The notes under the pieces were generated by a model that had not been told where the DNA came from, did not search any database, and saw only the letters and a program-made list of their open reading frames with translations. A stretch of DNA of 64,000 nucleotides from Deltaproteobacteria bacterium (GTDB lineage: Bacteria; Myxococcota; XYA12-FULL-58-9). Below are positions 24,649-33,343 of the stretch, piece by piece. Location: positions 12,177 to 76,176 of the forward strand of contig JACRCV010000034.1 of the NCBI GenBank assembly GCA_016218825.1, in the 5' to 3' direction. The first letter of the stretch is position 1. Each line of letters begins with the position of its first letter. Position numbers and translations under genes: made by a program.

Positions 24649-25647
24649 ATGAGCTCAGCGGGTGGCGGTTCCGGCATCGGTCAGAGCAGCGTCCGAACCA
24701 CCTTCACGGTCTCTGACGGCGGCAACGTCAAGCTGCCGAACGGCGTGCAAGCCGACGTCACCACCCCCGAGGGGATGGCCGCGGCCAAGGCGCAGCTGTC
24801 CGCGTCGCAGCTCTCGGAGCTCGAGAAGTCGATGGCGCACTCGGGCTTCGTGCTGAAGGAAGGCACCTTCGTCCCGAAGGACAACTACGAGCTGCGGCGG
24901 GACGTGAGCGCGCAGGCCGGCCCCACCGCGACCACCGAGGGCCTGTCGCCAAGCGACACCGAGCTCATCAACAACGTGTTCGTGGCCAACGGGGTCGCGA
25001 GCCCGTACAACGCCAACACCACCGAGAAGCTCTACGCGCAGATCGGCAACACCCCGTCGTTCCAGGGCGCGGTGGCGGCGGGCAAGGCGGCGTTCGCCAA
25101 TCCGACCGCGGCGAACCAGGCCGAGTTCATCGCCAAGATGAAGGCGCTGAAGGCCGAGTTCCCGAACGGCAACATCATGGAGATCTTGTTCCTGGTGTTC
25201 CGCGAGTCGATCAAAGAGACCAACGAGGACAAGAAGTACTTCCTGATCAAGCTCGAGGAGTACAACAAGATGGCCGAAGACGTCTCGGCCTACCTCTCCG
25301 ACCTGGTCAAGGAGTCGCAGCGCCTGAGCGAAGCGTCGGCCGGCCAGAAGTATCCCGAGAAGGTGACGATTCAGGTGCAGGTCAAGTCCTTCGACCTCTC
25401 GACCCTCGGCACCGACGGCAACTTGAAGACCACGTCTACCGGCACCAAGACCCTCGACCGCGCCGGTTTGAACGACACCATCAAGGACGTCGAGTCGATG
25501 CAGGAGACCATCCGCAACAAGCGGCAGATGGCGTCGACGGCGTTCCAGAACTTCGACCAGAAGGCCAACCAGCTCTACAACTTGATGTCGAGCGTCCTCA
25601 AGGCCATCGGCGAGATGCGTCAGGGCACGGCCCGCAACATGATGTAA
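24649..25647 (+). CDS. Putative T3SS tip/filament-like (SctA/EspA/SseB/Bsp22-position) secreted protein
   Basis: GAGGAG RBS, Ser/Gly-rich N-terminus without signal peptide, helical body, C-terminal FQNFDQKANQLYNLMSSVLKAIGEMRQGTARNMM like T3SS axial proteins; lies immediately before the class II chaperone. Confidence 0.6.
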   Translation: MSSAGGGSGIGQSSVRTTFTVSDGGNVKLPNGVQADVTTPEGMAAAKAQLSASQLSELEKSMAHSGFVLKEGTFVPKDNYELRRDVSAQAGPTATTEGLSPSDTELINNVFVANGVASPYNANTTEKLYAQIGNTPSFQGAVAAGKAAFANPTAANQAEFIAKMKALKAEFPNGNIMEILFLVFRESIKETNEDKKYFLIKLEEYNKMAEDVSAYLSDLVKESQRLSEASAGQKYPEKVTIQVQVKSFDLSTLGTDGNLKTTSTGTKTLDRAGLNDTIKDVESMQETIRNKRQMASTAFQNFDQKANQLYNLMSSVLKAIGEMRQGTARNMM

Positions 25648-25750
25648 CGGCGCGCGCGACATCGACAGACGGCGCGGCACGCAGCGTTTCCATGCCGGAT
25701 GAACTCTGATAGCTCAGGGGTGTCCGCACTCACTATACGGGAGGAACCAG

Positions 25751-26842
25751 ATGGCAACTGCGGCCAAGGGTCCGAGCTTCGACGAGATCGCCAAGATCCC
25801 CGACCAAGACCTCGAAGAGATCATCGCCGCCATCAAGAAGGGCGCCGAGCATCCCGGCGACGCGCTCGGCTTCGGCCCCGAGGCGCTGAACGCCATCGAG
25901 AACATGGCGCTCAGCTACTACCGCACCAAGATGTACGACAAGGCCGCGGTGATCTTCGGCTTCGTGCTGCAGATGAACTCTGCTCGCGCCACCGGTTGGC
26001 GGGGCCTGGGCGCGTGCATGCACGCCCTGAAGCGCTACGAGCTCGCGACCTTGTGCTACCAGAGCGCGGTGCAGGCCGATCCGAACGACGTGGTCTCCAA
26101 GGTCTACTGGGGCGAGGTGCTCTGTCAGACCGGCAAGAAGGCCGAGGGCCTGAAGCTCCTCAAAGAGGTGACGGCGAAGGGGACCAAGAACGACGACTAC
26201 AAACCGTACGTGACGCGGGCGCGCGCGGTGGTCGCGGCCGACGGCGGCATTCCGGCGCGCCTGGTGTTGAAGAAGCAGGGCGAGAAGCTGGCGCAGGACG
26301 CGGGCGAGGCGCTCTTGCAGGGCGCGGCGGGGCCGGAGTACGACGAGAACCGCGAGATCTCGGTGGAGGACATGCAGAAGAACCCCGAGCTCAAGAAGCT
26401 GCTCGGTGACCTCGCCAAGGCGGTCGAAGAGGGTAGGCTGACCTATGCGCAGGTGGGCGGCTTCAGCCAGATGGAGCTGGACGGCGCGTATGCGTGCGCC
26501 TGCAAGTACGCCGAGATGGGGCAGGTGCTGCAGGCGATTCAGATCGCGGGCTTCTTGATGTTCCTCGACCCGTACGGCGGTCGCTATTACCAGCTGGTGG
26601 GGATCTGCCTGCAGCGGATGAAGCAGTACGAGAACGCCGATCACTACTACAACATGGCGTTATTGTTCGACAAAGAAGACCCGATGTCGCTCGTCTATCG
26701 GGGGGAGTCGAAGATCATGTCGGGGAAGACGGACGAGGGCCTGCAGTTCGTGAAGCGGGGCATTGCGGCGGCGAAGGGCAAGGCCGAGCACAAGGACATC
26801 GTGGACCGCGGCCAGGTGTTGGTGCGTCAGTTTGGTGGTTGA
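25751..26842 (+). CDS. Tandem (two-domain) SycD/LcrH-family class II T3SS translocator chaperone
   Basis: Two 3-TPR units: GFGPEALNAIENMALSYY..YDKAAVIFGFVLQMN...WRGLGAC and GFSQMELDGAYACA..FLMFLDPY..RYYQLVGIC..YENADHYY..DPMSLVYRGE. GGAGG RBS. Confidence 0.85.
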   Translation: MATAAKGPSFDEIAKIPDQDLEEIIAAIKKGAEHPGDALGFGPEALNAIENMALSYYRTKMYDKAAVIFGFVLQMNSARATGWRGLGACMHALKRYELATLCYQSAVQADPNDVVSKVYWGEVLCQTGKKAEGLKLLKEVTAKGTKNDDYKPYVTRARAVVAADGGIPARLVLKKQGEKLAQDAGEALLQGAAGPEYDENREISVEDMQKNPELKKLLGDLAKAVEEGRLTYAQVGGFSQMELDGAYACACKYAEMGQVLQAIQIAGFLMFLDPYGGRYYQLVGICLQRMKQYENADHYYNMALLFDKEDPMSLVYRGESKIMSGKTDEGLQFVKRGIAAAKGKAEHKDIVDRGQVLVRQFGG

Positions 26843-26913
26843 GGCGCGGCCCGAAAAGGCCTGACCTGTGTATGTATAGAAGCTCGACGACACGGACCTA
26901 GCTGGAGGACGGC

Positions 26914-28965
26914 ATGAGCAACGTACGCGATGGCGCAGGTGCTGGTAGGGCGGCGGTGACGCCGGCGCCGATCGAGCCGCAGGTGCGGCAGAACCAACTC
27001 CAAGCGCAGCAGCTGCAAGCGGCGTTGCCGAAGGTCGGCAGCGTCGACCCCGCCGACGTCAACCGTGACCTCAATCAGCTGCTGCAGCGCGCCGGGCTCG
27101 AGCGCGCCGCCGACGGCGCGTTCGTCGTCAAGGACACCGCGTCGGTCGGCAAGACCGGTGAGGTCAAGGGTCTGACCTCGGCCGAGCAGGTGTACGGCAG
27201 CGGCGAGACGCAGCTGAAGCCGCCGGGGCCGCCGCGGATCGAGATGACGACCGACCTGCGGCGCGGCGCCGAGACCTTCGCCCAGAACATCGACACGGTC
27301 TTCAACGACGTGTTGCTGCGCTCCTCGTCCTCGGGGCTGCAGGCCGGTCAGACCGATCTGCCGACGACGGCGGTGCGGGTGACGGGCACCGATGACCGCG
27401 TGTGGACGAGTGGTCGCGACGTCCCGATGACGGCGCGCGGCGCGGCCGGCGGCGGGGCGGGGGACACGACCGGGACCACGGGCACTACGGGCACGACCGG
27501 GACCACGGGCACTGCGGGCACTACCGGGGCCACGGGCGCGACGGCGCAGACCGGCGAGATCACACCGGAGATGTTCCGCAAGATCGCGGAGCTGACGGCC
27601 GACGTGTTGCTCGCGGCGTTCTTGAAGCTGAACATCACCGACCCCAACAACTCGGTCGACACCCAGAACAAGCTGCAGGAGATCATGACACTCTTGCGGC
27701 AGAAGGGCATCGACGACGCTAAGGCGCAGATCAAGAACGCCGAAGCGGCGCGCAAGGCCGCCGAGGCTTATGCGCAGCAGGCGCAGTACATCAGCAACGT
27801 CATCTCCGTCGTCATGATCGTCTTGACGCTCGTGCTCACGGCGCTCACCTGTGGTGCGGGCGCGGTGTTGTTCGTCGCGGTGGCGATGATCATCGGCGCC
27901 CTCATCGGCGCGGCATCGGGCGGGTCGCAAGGGGCGCTCGCGGGCGCGTCGATCGCCGGCTCGATTGCGAGCATGGGCGCGGGTGCGGCGGCGACGGCGG
28001 CGGCGCAGGCGGCCAAGGTGGCCGCGGACGGCATCATCGCGCAGATCAAGGCGTTCATCGAGACGTTCATCAAGGAGCTGGTCAACAAGCTCGTGGCGTT
28101 CTTCAAGTCGCTCGCGAACATGTTCGCGAGTGGCGCCAAGGAAGCCGCGACGCAGGCCGCGCAGCAGGCGGCACAGACGGCGAAGTCGCTCGCCCAACAG
28201 ACAGTCGAGAACACCATCGAATACGCGAAGAGCATCGGCCAGGAGGCCGTCAACTCGGCGGTTCAGAGCGCGGGCGACATCGCCCAGGAAGCGGCCAACC
28301 AGACGATTCAAGGGTTGCAGCAGCAGGGCGTGCAGGTCACCCAAGAGATGGCGCAGGACATCGCCAAGAGCGCAGCCCAGGGCGCCGTCGATGGCGTCAA
28401 GAACGCTGGCCAAGAGGTAACGCAGGAAGTCGTGCAAGAGGCGGCGCGCGGGGCGGCGGAGGGTACTGTGAACGCGCTACGGACCTCGGGTGTCGAGGTC
28501 ACCGAGCAGATGGCGGCGGACATCGCGAAGAGCTCATCGGAAGGCGCGCTCACCGCGGCGAAGGAAGCCGGCATGACGGTGACGCCGGAGTTGACCACGG
28601 CCGTTCAAAACAGCGCCACGGCCGGGGCGACCTCGGGCATGAAGGCGTCGGTGGCGCTCGGCGGCTACATGTCGCGGAGCACCGCGACCGCGATCCAGTC
28701 GATCGTCGGCGCGGGTGGCGAGGTCGTGAAGGCGAAGGCGAACGAGACCGCGATCCAGAAAGACCTCGAGGCGCAGGAGAAGTCGATCGCCGCGAAGCGC
28801 GCCCGGCTGCAGGCGGAGATGGCGCAGCAGATGATCCAGGAGTCGGGCGAGATCATCAAGATGATCATGGAGTCGAAGAACCAGGTCGTCGAGGCGGTGA
28901 TGAAGATGATGGCGGCGATGTTCGCGTCGAGCCAAAAGATGATGTCCGCGAGTATGTCGAAGTAG
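26914..28965 (+). CDS. SctE-like (YopB/IpaB/SseC) major translocator
   Basis: No signal peptide; TQLKPP chaperone-box-like motif; coiled coil followed by a hydrophobic hairpin ISVVMIVLTLVLTALTCGAGAVLFVAVAMIIGALIG; Ala/Gln/Met-rich amphipathic C-terminus; follows the chaperone. Confidence 0.75.
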   Translation: MSNVRDGAGAGRAAVTPAPIEPQVRQNQLQAQQLQAALPKVGSVDPADVNRDLNQLLQRAGLERAADGAFVVKDTASVGKTGEVKGLTSAEQVYGSGETQLKPPGPPRIEMTTDLRRGAETFAQNIDTVFNDVLLRSSSSGLQAGQTDLPTTAVRVTGTDDRVWTSGRDVPMTARGAAGGGAGDTTGTTGTTGTTGTTGTAGTTGATGATAQTGEITPEMFRKIAELTADVLLAAFLKLNITDPNNSVDTQNKLQEIMTLLRQKGIDDAKAQIKNAEAARKAAEAYAQQAQYISNVISVVMIVLTLVLTALTCGAGAVLFVAVAMIIGALIGAASGGSQGALAGASIAGSIASMGAGAAATAAAQAAKVAADGIIAQIKAFIETFIKELVNKLVAFFKSLANMFASGAKEAATQAAQQAAQTAKSLAQQTVENTIEYAKSIGQEAVNSAVQSAGDIAQEAANQTIQGLQQQGVQVTQEMAQDIAKSAAQGAVDGVKNAGQEVTQEVVQEAARGAAEGTVNALRTSGVEVTEQMAADIAKSSSEGALTAAKEAGMTVTPELTTAVQNSATAGATSGMKASVALGGYMSRSTATAIQSIVGAGGEVVKAKANETAIQKDLEAQEKSIAAKRARLQAEMAQQMIQESGEIIKMIMESKNQVVEAVMKMMAAMFASSQKMMSASMSK

Positions 28966-29000
28966 CGCCTGTAACACTTACGCTGACTTTGGGAGGCCCC

Positions 29001-29870
29001 ATGAGCAGCATTTCGAGCAGCCCCGGTTACCAGTCCACCACCATCGACTACGTCGGCAACAACCGTTACCGGGTGTTGAACGAGCGCGACAAGGACGGCG
29101 ACGGCGTCGTCGACGGCAAGGCGCTCTCGGGTGACGAAGGCAAGATCGTCAACGAAGGCACCGTCAACCAGCTGCTCAAGGCCCGCGGCTTGCAGGCCGC
29201 GAACGGCAGCTTCCAGTCGGTGGACGGGTTCCAGATCAACGCGTCGAACAGCTCCGCGGTCACGACCTTCGGCTCGGATCCGGTGTTGCCGAGCGTGAGC
29301 GGCAAGTCGGCGGCGGCCTCGAGCCTGCGGGGCCAGTTCGATTGGTTCGAGATGTCGCAGGGCCTCTCGGACGCGGCGTTGATGTGGAAGACGTTGTCGA
29401 CCTTGGCGCACACCGCGATGCGGGACATGAAGGACGCCGGCGACATCCGCGACGCGATGCAGAAGGGGAAGATCGAGGCCAAGTCGAACGAGATCAAGGC
29501 CGCCGAGTCACGGATCGCGGCGGAGAAGGCGGCGGCGACCCAGACCTTCATCTGGTCGTGCGCCTCGGCGGCGGTGACCGCGATCGCGGGCACGACCGGC
29601 GCCAACGCCGGGCTCGCGGGCGGGCTCGGTGAGGTGGTGAAGAGCTACGGCAACATGGTGAACAAGACCTCGGGGCCGCAGGCGGAGGCCGACCGCCAGC
29701 AGATCCGCGAGAAAGAGTTCTCGAAGCAGGCGGAGATCATGGACATGGCCATCGACGAGGCCAAGTCGAACTACGACGAGTCCAAAGAGCTGTTCAAGAA
29801 CGCGCTCAAGGCCATCTCCGATCACGTCGACCGCGAGAGCCAAGCGACGCAGGCGATCACGCGCGGCTAG
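29001..29870 (+). CDS. SctB-like (YopD/IpaC/SseD) minor translocator
   Basis: GGAGG RBS, Ser-rich N-terminus MSSISSSP, PVLPSV motif, coiled coil, moderately hydrophobic FIWSCASAAVTAIAG..GLAGGLG, C-terminal ..ESQATQAITRG. Confidence 0.7.
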   Translation: MSSISSSPGYQSTTIDYVGNNRYRVLNERDKDGDGVVDGKALSGDEGKIVNEGTVNQLLKARGLQAANGSFQSVDGFQINASNSSAVTTFGSDPVLPSVSGKSAAASSLRGQFDWFEMSQGLSDAALMWKTLSTLAHTAMRDMKDAGDIRDAMQKGKIEAKSNEIKAAESRIAAEKAAATQTFIWSCASAAVTAIAGTTGANAGLAGGLGEVVKSYGNMVNKTSGPQAEADRQQIREKEFSKQAEIMDMAIDEAKSNYDESKELFKNALKAISDHVDRESQATQAITRG

Positions 29871-29894
29871 CGAACGCGGTAGAATAGAGGGTGA

Positions 29895-32204
29895 ATGGCC
29901 GACAATCTCACCGTTGGCTCACCGGGCGCCGGTACGGCGACCCGCGCCGAGGCGTCCAAAGACAAGCGCGTCGATGACGGCAAGGGTGAGCTCGAGCGCC
30001 TGCGGCAGCTCGCCAAAGAGCGCGGCGGCGGCAATCTCGACGACAAGACGCTGACCGCCATCGTCGAGCGCCGCAAGGCCAAGATCGCGCTCACCAACGA
30101 GATCAAAGAAGCCAAGCAGTCGTTCGAGACCGCGCAGAACAAAGTCTCGCTCGCCAACAAGGCCGACGAGGCCCAGACGCGCGCCGCCAAGGCGACCGGC
30201 ACCCAGGAGACCAAGACCGCGGACGGCTTGAACGAAAAGGACCGGACCGCGGTGCGCTCCGATCCAAAGGCCGGTCCGCGGCTGCCGCCCGCCGACGCCA
30301 AGTCCACGACCCCGGAGCAGGCGAAGGCGTTGCTCGGCAAGCTCCTCGAGACCGTGACAAAGGACGGCCAGCCCTTCGACCTGCAGGCCTACGCTCAGAC
30401 CCTCAAACAACGGCCGGCAACCGCCGCCAAGCAGGGAGGTTCGCCGCAGGGCCTGCCCGCGAAGCTCGGCCGCGAGTCGAGCGGCCTGTCGGCCGGCGGC
30501 GTCGGTGGCACGCGGGCGCCGACGAGCGGGGCGCCGGGGCAGCGATCCGGGTCGACCGCGACGCTGCCGCGCCAGGCCGCGGCCAGCGGCAATCAAGCCA
30601 CCAAGCCGGGGTCGTTGCCGACCGAGACCTCGGCGGCCAAGGCGGGTTTGGGCGCGCCGAGCGCCGGTGCGAGCTTGAGCTTCAGGACGACCGGCGGCAC
30701 CAACTTGGCGACCGGGACCGCGGTGTCGGCGGACGGGCTCTTCAACGCCGGCGGCGGGCTCATCACCAACTCCAGCTTCGACGGCATGCACTTCAACTGG
30801 GACGGCTTCTTCGCGTTGTTCCTGATCAAGTCGCAGAAGGACATGCAGGAGTGGCGCAAGATGATGAAGGAGCTGCGCCGGCTCGAAGGCGAGGCGGCGG
30901 TGCAGGCGCACAACACCGCGATCGCGCTGTTGAAGATGCGGCAGAGCTTCGAGCGCGCCGACGCGGTCCGTGGCTTCACCGAGTCGCTCTCGGCCCTGCC
31001 GCGCCGGATGAAAGAGGATCGAGTCAACGAGTTTTGTTTCGGCAAGGACGTTGCACAGCAGAAGACCGACGTCGCCGCGAAGAAAGCGGAGCAAGAGGTG
31101 CGCGGCCTGCTCGCGAAGCTCCGCGAGAAGAACGCCCAAGTGCCGGCCGGTCGGGTGTTCTTGACGCCGAGCGAGCAGAAGGCGCTCAAGGCGGACGAGG
31201 CGGCGGAGTACCGGAAGGCGGTCGAGAAGTACGCCAAGGAGGCGCGGCCGAGCGCGGCGGCGGGTCAGCTCCTGGCAGATCTGCGGGCCGCCGACAAGAC
31301 GCTCGCGGCCAAGATCCCCGAGGGTCAGGTGTACTTGACCGAAGCGCAACAACAGGCGCTGGGGGCGGAGGGCGCGGCGCAATACAAGGCGATCATGGCG
31401 AACCTCGGCACGCGCGAGGGGCCGCTCAACAAGGCCGGGCTGATCGCCGACGCGATCGACGCGGTGCAGAAGGACGCCACCCTCAACACCACAGACAGGG
31501 ACGAGATCGTCGGCAAGCTCAAGACCGAGCTCGGCGCCGCGAAGAGCGGCATCGAGATGATGGTCCGGGCGATGATGGCCGACCCCGAGACCGCGTCGCT
31601 GTTGAACGAGCAGCGCATCGTGTTGCGCGGCGAAGAGCAGAAGGCGAAGAAGGCGGGCGCGCCGGGGCAGCGCAGCTTGTTGCGTCAGGTGGTGATGCTC
31701 GACACCGCGATGGCGGCCGGGGAGCCGAAGAACGCCGAGCGCACCGAGCGCTACGCACGGGCGCGGACCGAGCTGAAGACCAAGGGCGCGGGCACGGCCA
31801 ACGTCGATCAACAACTGGCGCAGATGGACCGACTGATCGGCCCGAACGGCGCGCAGCCGGGCGCGACGCCCGGGGACGATCCGCTCGAGAAGCACCTGGA
31901 CGACAAGAGCGACTCGCTGCTCGATATCGCCGCGGCGGCGGGCGACGGCTTGGCGCAGGAGCGCAAGGGGTTGCACCACGACCTGCGTTGGGAAAAAGGA
32001 TTCAAGGATGTCGAGAGGGCACTGCGCAGCGTCGCCAACGACCAGGACATCGTCCGCGCGGTCGACAACGCGGTGCAGGGCGCGATCGCTGCGGCCCAGC
32101 GCGGCCGCGCCGAGTGTGACGTCCTGATGCGCCAGACCGTGGGCAAGGCCCAAGGCATGATCAACCAGCTCCTCCAACTGCTCGCGATGTCGCGCTCCCA
32201 CTGA
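29895..32204 (+). CDS. Large secreted translocator-/effector-like coiled-coil protein
   Basis: Co-oriented in the operon, no signal peptide, disordered N-third with PRLPPA, central FFALFLIKSQKDMQEWRKMMKELRR coil, internal ~55-aa duplication. Confidence 0.6.
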   Translation: MADNLTVGSPGAGTATRAEASKDKRVDDGKGELERLRQLAKERGGGNLDDKTLTAIVERRKAKIALTNEIKEAKQSFETAQNKVSLANKADEAQTRAAKATGTQETKTADGLNEKDRTAVRSDPKAGPRLPPADAKSTTPEQAKALLGKLLETVTKDGQPFDLQAYAQTLKQRPATAAKQGGSPQGLPAKLGRESSGLSAGGVGGTRAPTSGAPGQRSGSTATLPRQAAASGNQATKPGSLPTETSAAKAGLGAPSAGASLSFRTTGGTNLATGTAVSADGLFNAGGGLITNSSFDGMHFNWDGFFALFLIKSQKDMQEWRKMMKELRRLEGEAAVQAHNTAIALLKMRQSFERADAVRGFTESLSALPRRMKEDRVNEFCFGKDVAQQKTDVAAKKAEQEVRGLLAKLREKNAQVPAGRVFLTPSEQKALKADEAAEYRKAVEKYAKEARPSAAAGQLLADLRAADKTLAAKIPEGQVYLTEAQQQALGAEGAAQYKAIMANLGTREGPLNKAGLIADAIDAVQKDATLNTTDRDEIVGKLKTELGAAKSGIEMMVRAMMADPETASLLNEQRIVLRGEEQKAKKAGAPGQRSLLRQVVMLDTAMAAGEPKNAERTERYARARTELKTKGAGTANVDQQLAQMDRLIGPNGAQPGATPGDDPLEKHLDDKSDSLLDIAAAAGDGLAQERKGLHHDLRWEKGFKDVERALRSVANDQDIVRAVDNAVQGAIAAAQRGRAECDVLMRQTVGKAQGMINQLLQLLAMSRSH

Positions 32205-33331
32205 TGCTCGGCCTGCCGGCGGCGTTTCAGAAGCTCTCCCAGGTGGACCTGGAGGGTTACCCACGCCGCACCGAGGCAGGGATCGGCGCTCTCGCGGTGG
32301 CGTGCGGCTTGAGTCCGGAGCCCGAGCTGGCGCGCTTTCGCAGCTGCCGCGACTTTCTGGGGGTGGCGCAACGGGCGCCGGCGGCGGCCGACTTGCTGGC
32401 CCAGGTCACCGAGTCGGTGACGCTGGTGGCGCCGCTGATCGTCGAGCTGGTGGCGACCTACAGCGGCGACGGGCTCAAGGGCTTCGGTTTCTTGACCCAG
32501 GGGCGGCCGAGCGGCCCGTTGCCGGCGAACCTCGCCGGGTTGTTGTCGGGCACGCTGCAGATGCACCTCACGGGCGGCGGTCGGACCGACGAGGCCGAGC
32601 TGTTGGCCGACGTGTTTCGCCTGGCGTTTCCGAACCTGGGTGGGCTCGCGGGCCACTCGCCGTTGTCGCAGGGCATGATCGTCGGCGTGGTGCCGGCGGC
32701 CGACGCCCTCACCCTCAAGGTCTACTTCAACACCCGTCTCGATCCGAGCGGCAACCACCGCGAGCGGGTGGCGTCGATCCTGGCGCGCTGCGGTTTGGCC
32801 GACGACGGGCTTTACGACTTGCTGTATGCCGGCAATGACGGCGCGCGTTTCCATGGGGTCGGTATCGACCTGGACGGCGACGGCTGTCGGCGCGCCAAGA
32901 TCTACGTGCGCCTGAACCGCGCCGCGCTGCTGCCGGCCCTCGAAAAGCTCGCGACGCACCTGCAACCGGACATGGCGGCGGCGGCGCGAGGCATCCTGAA
33001 CCCGGTCTTGGAGCTCATCGAGGCCACGAAGAGCGAGGCCCAGGTCGACGAGGTCGAGCTGGCGGCGGCGCTGTGCAGCGACGCGCCGGCGACCGCCAAG
33101 GTGACGTTGTTCTTTGCCGGAGACCGCACCGCGGACGCCGATCTGACGACGCTCGACACCTATCTACAGGGTCTCGGCTATCCGGCGCACGGGCTCGACG
33201 CCGCGGTCAAGGCGCTCGCCGAGAACGCACATCGGGCGGTGGCGCAGCGTTATCCGCTGCACGGGGTCGGCATCGAGGTGCCGGTGGCGTCGCGACCGAA
33301 GATCAATGTCTATTTGCAGCCGGTGTTGTAG
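32204..33331 (+). CDS. ABBA/PT-barrel aromatic prenyltransferase-like protein
   Basis: Repeating helix-helix-strand-strand units ending LKVYFN, GVGIDL....RAKIYVR, AKVTLFF and GVGIE....KINVYLQP; start overlaps the upstream stop (TGATG). Confidence 0.6.
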   Translation: MLGLPAAFQKLSQVDLEGYPRRTEAGIGALAVACGLSPEPELARFRSCRDFLGVAQRAPAAADLLAQVTESVTLVAPLIVELVATYSGDGLKGFGFLTQGRPSGPLPANLAGLLSGTLQMHLTGGGRTDEAELLADVFRLAFPNLGGLAGHSPLSQGMIVGVVPAADALTLKVYFNTRLDPSGNHRERVASILARCGLADDGLYDLLYAGNDGARFHGVGIDLDGDGCRRAKIYVRLNRAALLPALEKLATHLQPDMAAAARGILNPVLELIEATKSEAQVDEVELAAALCSDAPATAKVTLFFAGDRTADADLTTLDTYLQGLGYPAHGLDAAVKALAENAHRAVAQRYPLHGVGIEVPVASRPKINVYLQPVL

Positions 33332-33343
33332 TCGGGTGCGGGT

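Noticed and set aside
25724-25737. 14-bp CCGCACTCACTATA shared with the tRNA-fMet upstream region (8834-8847, minus), T7-promoter-like
   Set aside because: Several 14-bp matches are expected by chance in 64 kb on two strands, there is no third copy, and no phage polymerase is present.
24649-33331. Complete T3SS or flagellar locus
   Set aside because: No ATPase, export gate, ring or secretin genes in the window; only translocon-type components are supportable.
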